This document shows, in pieces, positions 44,936 to 53,496 of a stretch of 64,000 bases of DNA. The DNA is from an uncultured Planctomycetota bacterium (GTDB lineage: Bacteria > Planctomycetota > Planctomycetia > Pirellulales > Lacipirellulaceae): positions 1 through 64,000 of the forward strand of contig CAVRBU010000006.1 of the NCBI GenBank assembly GCA_963719315.1. Direction: 5' to 3'. The position numbers were made by a program, and so were the translations under genes. Below the pieces are notes generated by a model. The model was not told the origin of the DNA, did no database searches, and saw only the letters and a list, made by a program, of their open reading frames with translations. Each line of letters starts with the position of its first letter. Positions within the stretch are counted from its first letter, which is position 1.

Positions 44936-45677
44936 GGCCCCACGTTCAATAGCTGTGTCCACGCGGTGAGTTTTGCGCGAAGGCTCCGCGCAATGGAAGT
45001 CGCAAGTCGTTGGGCGGCAAGGGAGTACGATTGTGCGCATGCGTGAAAATTTTTTTTCGCGTGCAAAACTCCTCCTTTTTGCGCGGCGATCAGGCAACCA
45101 ACCGCTGGAAATCCAGTGGCTTGGACGTGTGCGTGACGTGCAATAATAGGCGAGTTTGCTCTCTAAAATGCCGTTTTCTGGCAGGATTTAGCGGTTCGCC
45201 AGAGCGGTCGAGCCCCTAAAACGACGCGATTTTCGCAGCGTTTTGCGGTGTTCCGGCCCTTCGGCCAGCTTTGGGCAAAAAGGCGCGAGCGCGTCGGGAG
45301 ACCGCGCGCAACCTCTGGCTGATAGCTAACAGCTAATGGCTAACAGCTTCCTCTAAATTTTCAAGGAGCGAACGCCGTCGCAGTGCGGCGTGATGAGACT
45401 ATAGCATTTTCGTGGGGGCCGATCCACAATTATTTTTGGCCGCGCGGAGAAGACGTGCGGCGGCCGTTAGCGGTGTTTTTTGTGACCACAAATTGTGCGG
45501 ATGGCACGGATCAGGTTGCGAGGCTGAATCTTATCCGTGCGAGCGGTGTAATTCGAGGTTGACCAGGTGCTCGAATCTGACGAATGTTGGGGCGAACGCG
45601 GCCGGGGTAGCCATCGCAACCACAGCACGCGCCAGAATAAACGAACGAGGTCAGGATTTGATTAAATCGTTCTGACC

Positions 45678-46669
45678 TGCTCAGTAGAAAACGTCTGAAT
45701 GCTAGCTAAACATCGGTGTGTGTTGGTTCGTATGACGGTGGATGAAGACGAGCAAGAGTCCGAAGCGCGTGTTGGTCGAGGCACTGGCCGTGGCCCAGGC
45801 TTCGCTGCCGCGGTACTCGCATCGGTTCAGCCCACGGGTCTTCACGCAGCATCAACTGTTTGCCTGTCTGGTGCTCAAGGATTTTTACAACCTGACCTAT
45901 CGGGGCACCGTTGGCCTGTTGGCGGACAGCGATTCGCTGTGCGAAGCGATCGGCCTGGAAAAGGTGCCCCACTTCACGACGCTGCAAAAGTCGGCCGATC
46001 GGTTGTTGGTGAAGAAGTCGTTTCAACGGCTGATCACGGCCACGGTCCAGCGGGCACGGAAGGCCAAGCTGCTCCGCCGCTCCGTGCGATTGGCAGCCAT
46101 CGACACCAGCGGCTTCGAAGCGCGGCACACCAGTCGCTACTATGCCTGGCGTCGAAAAAAGGTGGGAAAACACGGACGAACGTGCGCCGTCTCCTATCGC
46201 CGCTACCCCAAGCTGGGCGTGGTCTGCGACACGACGAGTCATTTCTGCCTGGCGGCCCGGGCTAGCCAGGGACCGCGGCCCGACTTCGGCGATTTCCGCC
46301 CGCTCGTCGTCGAAGCGCAGGCTCGCACCGGAGTGAAGGCGGTCGCGGCGGACGCCGGCTTCGACAGCGAAGCCAACCACGTGTTGGCCCGCGACGAACT
46401 GGGGATTCAGTCCCTGATCCCCGCCGAGCACGGCCGACCGCCGGCCGGGGAACCCGTGGGCCGCTATCGAAAGCAGATGAAACGTCATTTGCACGAAAGT
46501 CGTTATGGACAACGTTGGCAGGTGGAAACCGTCTACTCGATGATCAAACGTCTCTCGGGAGAAGTCGTCAACGCCCGCACCCACTGGCGCCGCTGCCGAC
46601 TCCTGCTCCTCAAAACACTCACTCACAACATCTCGATTCTCAGACAACACCTAGGTTTTCTACTGAGCA
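45678..46669 (+). mobile_element. Insertion sequence, IS4/IS5-type
   Basis: Perfect TIRs TGCTCAGTAGAAAAC / GTTTTCTACTGAGCA; ends could extend a few bases outward. Confidence 0.9.
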
Positions 46670-46938
46670 GGTCGGACCCGTTTTACTCGCCGTTTTACTC
46701 GCGCAACGCAACTTACGAAAGGTCAAGAATCGCTCTATTGCTATGTTGGATGGATCACCCGCCAAAATCGCTGTGGAAACTCGACCGAACACCTTCGACC
46801 GATGCGCCACTTACATCGTGTGTGCTTCTGTGGGGCTGGCACTATTGTTGTTTAATGTACAGCCCACTCCTGGGTCGATTGCTCTCTTCGACAACGATCC
46901 CGACAACTTCCGTCATGGATGGCCATTCACTTACATGA
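45742..46938 (+). CDS. DDE transposase; ORF runs past the right TIR
   Basis: AIDTSG, ADAGFDS, YGQRWQVETVYSMIK. Confidence 0.9.
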   Translation: MKTSKSPKRVLVEALAVAQASLPRYSHRFSPRVFTQHQLFACLVLKDFYNLTYRGTVGLLADSDSLCEAIGLEKVPHFTTLQKSADRLLVKKSFQRLITATVQRARKAKLLRRSVRLAAIDTSGFEARHTSRYYAWRRKKVGKHGRTCAVSYRRYPKLGVVCDTTSHFCLAARASQGPRPDFGDFRPLVVEAQARTGVKAVAADAGFDSEANHVLARDELGIQSLIPAEHGRPPAGEPVGRYRKQMKRHLHESRYGQRWQVETVYSMIKRLSGEVVNARTHWRRCRLLLLKTLTHNISILRQHLGFLLSRSDPFYSPFYSRNATYERSRIALLLCWMDHPPKSLWKLDRTPSTDAPLTSCVLLWGWHYCCLMYSPLLGRLLSSTTIPTTSVMDGHSLT

Positions 46939-47168
46939 ATCGGGACTCGGTGATTCCCAATGGGGATATGACGCCTGGCGTGCATTTGCCTTGGCCATTC
47001 TTTGACACTCCGCCTCAACTTCGGTTTGACCCCTTGTGGTTGACAGTTGATGTACTCGTGGCCGTAACATTGATTGCAATTGCAGCATTACCTAGGCTGC
47101 GCACGTTATTTCATTGGTTTTGTCTTATTTCTAGTTGTTGTGTTTATTTTGCAGCGCGTCTTATTTAA
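46743..47168 (+). CDS. Cassette-like membrane hypothetical protein
   Basis: Hydrophobic ORF with GWPF segment, followed by the first attC-like remnant. Confidence 0.55.
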   Translation: MLDGSPAKIAVETRPNTFDRCATYIVCASVGLALLLFNVQPTPGSIALFDNDPDNFRHGWPFTYMNRDSVIPNGDMTPGVHLPWPFFDTPPQLRFDPLWLTVDVLVAVTLIAIAALPRLRTLFHWFCLISSCCVYFAARLI

Positions 47169-47225
47169 TTGAATTTCACCACTTACATTACTACCGCCCA
47201 CGTACTGAATCGGAACCGGCCGCGA

Positions 47226-47318
47226 GTAACGCAGCCGGTTTGGCGTTTTGCTCTTCGCGGCGGTATACTGGCGCTACATCCCGCTCTCTTGAGGGCGGGC
47301 AACTGAAGCCGGTGGAGG
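47226..47318 (+). repeat. Degenerate attC-like site A
   Basis: Keeps GGTTTGGCGTTTT and GGCGGGCAACTG; left arm and terminal GTTAGG eroded. Confidence 0.55.
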
Positions 47319-47323
47319 GGCAT

Positions 47324-47542
47324 ATGTTCAAGAGGCGTCATGCATTGATCCCAAGCTGCATCCTGTTTGGTCCACTGTTCATTTCTCGCGTGGGCGGTTC
47401 GGCTGACGGCACGTTGGGCGTGGTGCTTTCCTGGTGGGGGGGCATCACTCTGACTTACGGACTTTACCTCATGTTCGATCTGCTTGCTCAGCAACAGGCA
47501 CTCATCGACAAACTTCGAGCCGACAGACAGCCGCCCGCCTAG
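47324..47542 (+). CDS. Cassette: small membrane protein
   Basis: GGAGGGG RBS; stop codon lies in the first box of site B. Confidence 0.65.
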   Translation: MFKRRHALIPSCILFGPLFISRVGGSADGTLGVVLSWWGGITLTYGLYLMFDLLAQQQALIDKLRADRQPPA

Positions 47543-47637
47543 CAATTTGCCACAGTTGACCCGCCAGCAAAACGGTCAGTTTGGCGATTTTCCTCCACAG
47601 GGCTTACACAAGTTTCCCAACGAATCACAAGTTAGGA
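47537..47637 (+). repeat. attC-like site B (chimeric)
   Basis: GCCTAGC...CAGTTGACCCGCC left arm; ends in GAATCACAAGTTAGGA. Confidence 0.6.
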
Positions 47638-47644
47638 GGGAGTG

Positions 47645-47848
47645 ATGCGCATGTTGATGGGACCAATCCTATTCGCGATGGATGTGTCGCCTATCAATCG
47701 GATTACAGGCATTGTGCTTTGCTTGGTGCTGGTTCCAGGCATGCTCGTTGGCATCCTTCGTCCACGGTGGTGGTCCGTTCCATTGTCCGGGCTTGCCGCG
47801 CTCGCTTGGCTCTTTTGCGGCATCATCGGGCAGGGCATCGATTGCTGA
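47645..47848 (+). CDS. Cassette: small two-TM protein
   Basis: Starts just after GTTAGGA with GGAGG RBS and fills the space up to site C. Confidence 0.6.
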   Translation: MRMLMGPILFAMDVSPINRITGIVLCLVLVPGMLVGILRPRWWSVPLSGLAALAWLFCGIIGQGIDC

Positions 47849-47858
47849 TCGTGCAACC

Positions 47859-47984
47859 CTGTAGTAATTCGCCACAGTTGACCCGCCCGCAAAACGGTCA
47901 GTTTGGCGTTTTTCCTCCACGTGGCGTATACTTCGTGCAATCCCGCCACTTGTTTCGGCGGGCAACCGAGCCTGGTCGTTAGGC
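47859..47984 (+). repeat. attC site C
   Basis: CAGTTGACCCGCC ... GGCGGGCAACCG ... GTTAGGC. Confidence 0.75.
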
Positions 47985-48001
47985 AGTCTTCTGTCGAAAA
48001 C

Positions 48002-48752
48002 ATGAGCTTTGAGCGCGCTCTATCGCTTGCTCGATACAATTGGCCGCTTTATGCCGTCAGTTGCTCATCCATTTTGATCGGATTCGCCGTTGCTTTTATC
48101 CCGTCCATCAGTGGGTCCGTTCGGATCGTCGCCATCGTCGTTGCAAGCGTTGCTGTCTGGTACACGATTGCTTCATTCTTTGCCTTTAACGCGATGTTTG
48201 ATCGATCGCAATTCCTATCCGGCAGCTGGCTAAAGGCCTGCGTTAAAAGCTCGCCGAAGTTTTGTTTGCAACTTAGTGTATGCCTGGAAGAAACTACTTT
48301 GCCAATTGATCGTGTTTTTCCCGAAGGCGAATGCATTACGCTCGACCTTTTCGATCGATCGGTGATGACTGAACCGGCGGTAATGCGCGCGAGAATCTAG
48401 GAAAGTCGATTCAACACAGATTGCTAGTCCGGATTCACTTCCGCTACGGGACGAATACTGCGATTTAACTGTGATAACTCTTGCTGCCCACGAGGTTCGT
48501 GAGCACAACCTGCGGGAATTGTTGTTTCGTGAGCTGAATCGTGTCACCAAGCTCAACGGACGGGTAGTTGTCGTCGAGCATCTCCGTAATCCCGCAGCCT
48601 TTTTCGCATTCGGCCCAGGACTTTTCCACTTCTTTCCGCGGGGTGAATGGATGCGGCTAGCGGAAACGGCTCGCCTCGATTTGGAATCAGAATTCAATAT
48701 CACGCCATTTATTCATGTGTTTGTCTTCGGCCTAACAAATCGCTGCAGTTAA
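48002..48752 (+). CDS. Cassette: class I SAM-dependent methyltransferase-like protein, frameshift near 48395
   Basis: LPLRDEYCD, LAAHEVR, GRVVVVEH; two N-terminal TM helices. Confidence 0.65.
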
Positions 48753-48855
48753 CCCGCCGGTCGTTCGGGCGGTTTGGCGTTTTGCTTACGGCGGGTTTAT
48801 GGTGCGTGCAATCCCGCCACTTGCTTCGGCGGGCAACGGAGCTTTTTCGTTAGGC
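48730..48855 (+). repeat. attC site D (canonical)
   Basis: GCCTAAC ... GTTAGGC perfectly complementary; paired inner arms with unpaired bases. Confidence 0.85.
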
Positions 48856-48898
48856 GGTGTGAGCGTATGCAATTCATTCGGCATGGGGGGGCAGCAAT

Positions 48899-49339
48899 AT
48901 GTCACGTAGTGGAACTTTCATTCCTCCCTTCCCTCAGAAACCCGCTGTTTCGGAGGGCGCTTACGACGCATCAAGAGAAAGGCTGCGGCGAACGGCAAAA
49001 TATCAGCGGTGGGTGCTTTTGGCGTTGCTTGCCAATATTCTCATCTTCGTCGTTGTGATGGCAAACTTGATTGAACTCGCCACGATCCCATCAGCAGTTC
49101 TAAGAATTCTCGGTATCGTGCGCCTTCCGATTTGTGGATTCATGACTTTGGCGATCGTCCTATTGGCCAAGCAGTTTTGGAACATCGCAATAGTCGTGAT
49201 TTGCGGTCTACTGATGTGGGTTCCCATTCCCGGGCCTTCGCTAATCATGCTGCTGATTGTCAATGCAAAGGCCACGAGATTCCTACAGCAGTATGGGATA
49301 AAGGTGGGTCTCTTGGGCGTTAACCCTAAGAGCATTTAG
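48899..49339 (+). CDS. Cassette: membrane hypothetical protein
   Basis: Single hydrophobic ORF between sites D and E. Confidence 0.7.
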   Translation: MSRSGTFIPPFPQKPAVSEGAYDASRERLRRTAKYQRWVLLALLANILIFVVVMANLIELATIPSAVLRILGIVRLPICGFMTLAIVLLAKQFWNIAIVVICGLLMWVPIPGPSLIMLLIVNAKATRFLQQYGIKVGLLGVNPKSI

Positions 49340-49374
49340 TTCCAACTGGCGCGAGTCAACCTGCTGGCTAGCGG

Positions 49375-49502
49375 GCCTAACAAGGCGCATCCAGTTGCCC
49401 CGCCGATTGTTCGGGCGGTTTGGCGGTTTGCTTGTGCAGCGTTTATACTGCGTGCAAACCGCTTTCATTTCGAGGGCGGGCAACTGTGCGTGGTCGTTAA
49501 GC
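49375..49502 (+). repeat. attC site E
   Basis: GCCTAAC...CAGTTGCCCCGCC ... GGCGGGCAACTG...GTTAAGC. Confidence 0.85.
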
Positions 49503-49507
49503 CGTGT

Positions 49508-49556
49508 GCATAACACCTGCTTTTCAACTTACTTTGCGTCGAATCACAAGTTATTT
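49508..49556 (+). repeat. Short attC-like remnant F
   Basis: GCATAAC ... GAATCACAAGTTATTT; tail shared with site B. Confidence 0.35.
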
Positions 49557-49577
49557 CGCAAAGCCCGCTGAGTTCAA

Positions 49578-50600
49578 ATGTTCTCTACCGTCGTCTTTGT
49601 CGCCATCTTCGTCGGACTGCTAATCACGTCGGTCGCCTTATGGGCGTTGTTTCTTCGGCTCGGACTGCGTTGGGCGAAAGTGCCGAATGTGACGATGCGC
49701 CGCGTTGCTGTCGCAACCACTATCGCAGCCGTCCTGCATATCGGCCTTAACGTCTTGTTTCTCTTTGCCTCGCCGACTTCGGATGCGCAATCCTTCGTTC
49801 TCAACGTCGTTGAATTTGCTTCCTCTGTGCTGGTCTCTTGCGTCGTAATAAGTACCGTTTTCAAAGCTCGGTTCTTGCGGTCACTTCAAGCGTGGCTTCC
49901 AACATTACTCGCGCCCGTCACGACGATCGCATTTGCTCTGCTCGTGCTGCGCCCGCTTCTTTACGAAGCGTTCGTCGTCCCAACGAATGGAATGGCTCCG
50001 ACGTTGGTCGGAGAACATTGGCAGGGCACCTGCCCGGTATGTGGCCAGAAATCTTACTGTTCACCAAGAGACGAACGATACCCGACATTCGGCCCATCGC
50101 GGATGATTTGTGACAATTTCCACGTTACAGAAACATCGGATGTCGACAAGACCGTTCACTCCGGCGACCGCTTGATGTGCGCAAAGTTCCTGACTCCACG
50201 AAGGTGGGATCTCATAGTCTTTAAATCGCCGGAAGACCCTACAGTATTGTACGTCAAGCGTGTTGTTGGTTTTCCCGGCGAAAAGATCCAGATCCGAGAC
50301 GGCTCCGTGTGGGTTGATGGCAAAAAGCAAACACCGCCCGATTCACTTCGTGGCATTGAATACTTGTCTGAACTTCCGGGTTGGTCCGGGCCAGACTTAT
50401 GGGGTTCGGCAAATCGCCCCGCATTGCTTGCCAATGACGAATACTTCGTACTTGGCGATTTCTCCGCACAATCAAGTGATTCGCGATTGTGGAAGCAGGG
50501 TGCTCCTGGGCACAATCCGTACGCAGTTCCAGAATCTTACCTGATAGGTGTTGTTATTCACACCTACTGGCCGCTTCATCGTTGGCGCATCCATCGTTGA
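49578..50600 (+). CDS. Cassette: signal peptidase I (S26) homolog
   Basis: PTNGMAPTL, GDRL, RWDLIVF, YVKRVVG, YFVLGD...SSDSR. Confidence 0.85.
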   Translation: MFSTVVFVAIFVGLLITSVALWALFLRLGLRWAKVPNVTMRRVAVATTIAAVLHIGLNVLFLFASPTSDAQSFVLNVVEFASSVLVSCVVISTVFKARFLRSLQAWLPTLLAPVTTIAFALLVLRPLLYEAFVVPTNGMAPTLVGEHWQGTCPVCGQKSYCSPRDERYPTFGPSRMICDNFHVTETSDVDKTVHSGDRLMCAKFLTPRRWDLIVFKSPEDPTVLYVKRVVGFPGEKIQIRDGSVWVDGKKQTPPDSLRGIEYLSELPGWSGPDLWGSANRPALLANDEYFVLGDFSAQSSDSRLWKQGAPGHNPYAVPESYLIGVVIHTYWPLHRWRIHR

Positions 50601-50625
50601 CATCGGCCGCGAACCCAAGAACGCG

Positions 50626-50989
50626 AAATAACAAATCGGTGAACCGGAGTTAGCTCGCCTTTCGATGTTTCAACGTCGATTTCTTCGTTTACAATTCCTG
50701 TCCCGCGCCTGCGGTCATAGGCCCGCCGTTTACGGCGGGTCAATGAGGTCCCGAAAGACGATGGGGAGCCCCATTCATGGGGCTTCTCGCTTTACGGCTG
50801 AAGCCATCGCCACGAGAAGCCCTGTTAACAGTGCTTGGTGCTGCTCGGTTGGTCCCACCAACCCGTCGTCAACGACGGGCCTAAGACCACCTTCGATGGA
50901 AAGAGCCGTGAACGGCTCTGCAATCCGTCAAACTGTTACAATACAATGTCCGCTTTAGCGGTCCCTGTTCCGGTTGACCCGCGTCAGGC
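50626..50989 (+). repeat. attC-like site G interrupted by a multi-hairpin element
   Basis: Left arm AATAACAAATCGGTGAACCGGA; possible right arm TCCGGTT...GTCAGGC. Confidence 0.45.
50713..50919. repeat. Nested REP-like palindromic element
   Basis: Outer inverted pair 50713-50740/50861-50888, inner pair 50766-50789/50813-50835, extra hairpin 50902-50919. Confidence 0.7.
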
Positions 50990-51057
50990 CGCGATTGAAA
51001 AAGAGTTCTGACCGGATCTGACCCCTGGTTCTCCGTTTAGGTTGAACCCGCTCCAGC

Positions 51058-51148
51058 GGATAACAATGCCGTGAACCGGAGCGGTGAGGTAGGGCGTTTT
51101 GTTAATGGAAACTCAAACGTCGCCGCCCGGTTAGGGCTGGCGTTAGGA
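51058..51148 (+). repeat. attC site H (second sequence family)
   Basis: GGATAACAATGCCGTGAACCGGAGCGG ... CCGCCCGGTTAGGGCTGGCGTTAGGA. Confidence 0.75.
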
Positions 51149-51272
51149 CTAGAAGCAGTTTCAAAACCCTGTCCAGAGAACCGGACGCTAGCGCGTTCCG
51201 GCTAATTGAATCAGCCGCAGGGCGCTGGCCCTCGGTTTTGAAACGGCTTCTAGCAAATGCGGGGTGATTGCC

Positions 51273-51836
51273 ATGCGAAAACTTCACGCGCTATTAGTGT
51301 TAATCGGCCCTTTTATCCTGTTCGTCATCACTTCCGCCGTGCCTGCTCAAAAGCCCGATGCGGCAGTATTCCTGGGTTCACCTCCACCGAAGCAGTTGAA
51401 GGTTCTTGAGCCTTTGATCGGCCAATGGACAATCGAGGCGACAATTAAGCCCAGCCTTGCAGTCAAGGAGGGTTACTCTTCCAAGGGCGAGGCCGCGTGC
51501 CGATGGATCCACAACGGCCACTATCTTCATATGGGAGGATTCGCCAACGCGCCGTCCGGCCGTTTCGAATGGACGGAGATCATCACCTACGACCAGCGCT
51601 CCAGACAGTTCCGTCGCTTCGTGTTCAGCACGGAGGGCATTGTGGCCGAATCCATCGGCCAGTGGGATGACAAGACGCAGACGATGACGTGGACGGTGGT
51701 ACGCCTGCCGCAAAACTGGTTGGGTAAAGCGACGACGCGTTTCGACAAGGGCAAAGTGGACTTTACGCTGTTCGCGAAGAACGATCGCGGAGAGACGACA
51801 CGGGAATCGTCGATGATAATGCAGCGAAAAAAGTAA
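51273..51836 (+). CDS. Cassette: secreted DUF1579-like protein
   Basis: Signal peptide; LKVLEPLIGQW, TYD, GQWD. Confidence 0.65.
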   Translation: MRKLHALLVLIGPFILFVITSAVPAQKPDAAVFLGSPPPKQLKVLEPLIGQWTIEATIKPSLAVKEGYSSKGEAACRWIHNGHYLHMGGFANAPSGRFEWTEIITYDQRSRQFRRFVFSTEGIVAESIGQWDDKTQTMTWTVVRLPQNWLGKATTRFDKGKVDFTLFAKNDRGETTRESSMIMQRKK

Positions 51837-51860
51837 GTGCGGCCGATCGAAGCGCAGCCG

Positions 51861-51987
51861 GCATAAGAGGACGCTGAGTTGACCCGCCAGCTTAGCTGGC
51901 GGTTTGGCGTTTTCGCCGCAGTTGGCCGCGACCACCGGTCGCGGCTTTGTGGTAAAATTGGCGGGCAACTGGGCACTATTGTTAGGC
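51861..51987 (+). repeat. attC site I
   Basis: GCATAAG...AGTTGACCCGCCA ... TGGCGGGCAACT...GTTAGGC. Confidence 0.75.
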
Positions 51988-52179
51988 GGCGGCAAACGCT
52001 CATTCGGCGGCTGTTCGCCCTTGCCACCAGACCGATGACAGGGGCCACCCGCTCCGCAGGCCGCTGTCAAAGCTCGCCGCGAATATCTTAGTTCCCCTCC
52101 GAGCAGGAAAGTCTTCGTGGACTGTGGACCAGCACTTACCCACTTCGGCGCAACCTCCTGATGTCGTGAACGATTACTA

Positions 52180-53211
52180 ATGCACCAATTACATGGTAGC
52201 CCGATCGAATGTCAAGAGGCGGAGCAGGAACTCGTGCTGCACCTTCTGTCGCGCGTCGGGCGAATGGCCAAGACTCTGCTGGGCATTGCAGTCTTTTTCG
52301 TCCCGTTCGTACTCGTGGTCGCTTATGCATCCAACGGTTGGCTGCCCGCGGTGCTTGGGATGGCGATGGTTCCCGCCATTCTCCTGTCCGTCGCGTACGT
52401 GAAAATGCGCGCGGCCTATTTGACGGACACGTGGGTCACGATCACGCCTGAGCGAGTGGTCGTGAAAGCCGTTCGGGGCGGGAACGAGACGGTGAAGGAA
52501 TCCGCGCTCAAGCCGCGGAGCCGCGCGTGGCAATGGTATTTGCGGCAGATTCCGGGCCGATCACACAATCCGCCGCCGCAAGGCATCGTCGTCGGCGATC
52601 AGACCTACGATCCGGAGGTGGGAGACGATCCAAATGACCGGAGCAAGCCGCGGTTCGGTGGGAACCTGACGCCGGGCGAAATGGATTGGGTAGAGTGGCG
52701 GGTGAATCTGTTTCTGGATCGCCATGGGCATGCGGCCGCGCCTGAGTCGAACGAAACAGAAAAACCATCCGCACCACAGGAGGGGCTGATCCGCATCGAG
52801 CAGGACCGCTTCGAAATGCGAATCCACTTCCCCAATACGGTGGTAACCGGTTCGTATACCGGAATTGGCGGCGTCTTGGTGGGGCTGGTCCTGCTGACGA
52901 TTTGCTGTGTGCCGCTCATTCTTATCTGGAATGACGCAGGGCGAATGAGCGCGGGGAAGTTGCTGCAAGTCGCGTACGCCGCAGTGTTCGGACTTCTCGG
53001 TTTGGCAGGCACGTCGAATGGACTGGCGCAACTGTTCGGAAGACGGCAGTTGACGATTTCGCCGCAAAGGGTGCGGTATCGCGCGAGCGTGCTTGGCATC
53101 GGTGTGTGGTGGACACTGCCCACCGCCGAGATTGTCAGTGTCTGGAATCCGTCGAAGTATGTCGCGACATACCGGCCCAATCAAGACATTGCTGCGCGCA
53201 GGGTCCGGTGA
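52180..53211 (+). CDS. Membrane hypothetical protein, possibly the last cassette; 3' end may be frameshifted
   Basis: Two repeats of a TM hairpin plus soluble domain. Confidence 0.6.
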   Translation: MHQLHGSPIECQEAEQELVLHLLSRVGRMAKTLLGIAVFFVPFVLVVAYASNGWLPAVLGMAMVPAILLSVAYVKMRAAYLTDTWVTITPERVVVKAVRGGNETVKESALKPRSRAWQWYLRQIPGRSHNPPPQGIVVGDQTYDPEVGDDPNDRSKPRFGGNLTPGEMDWVEWRVNLFLDRHGHAAAPESNETEKPSAPQEGLIRIEQDRFEMRIHFPNTVVTGSYTGIGGVLVGLVLLTICCVPLILIWNDAGRMSAGKLLQVAYAAVFGLLGLAGTSNGLAQLFGRRQLTISPQRVRYRASVLGIGVWWTLPTAEIVSVWNPSKYVATYRPNQDIAARRVR

Positions 53212-53402
53212 TCCGCACCGCGCGGCGGCAGATCTTGTTGGGCGCGGTGCCGGAGGCCGTGCGCAACGGTGTAGACCCCCAATGGCTGGCCGATGTAATA
53301 TCGCGTCACATCGTCGCTGCCCGCGCCAGGCGGCCGTGCGAACAGCCGTCGCGTGAGGCAATATCGCAGAGGGAGCCCGGTTGCAGCTCGACCGCCGGAG
53401 CA

Positions 53403-53435
53403 GAAAAGGTGTCCGGAAATTCCTGACACCTTTTC
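53403..53435. repeat. Intergenic palindrome
   Basis: GAAAAGGTGTC-CGGAAATTCCT-GACACCTTTTC. Confidence 0.6.
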
Positions 53436-53496
53436 CCACGATCCCATTTCCCCCGATCATCGATCACAGCACCTATTCGAAACGAGAGCGAACAAT

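Noticed and set aside
45317..45348. Short heptamer tandem (GCTAACA-like units)
   Set aside because: Only about four degenerate units; no function can be supported
47226..51987. CRISPR array
   Set aside because: Repeats are long, imperfect and separated by whole genes; no cas genes; attC architecture fits better
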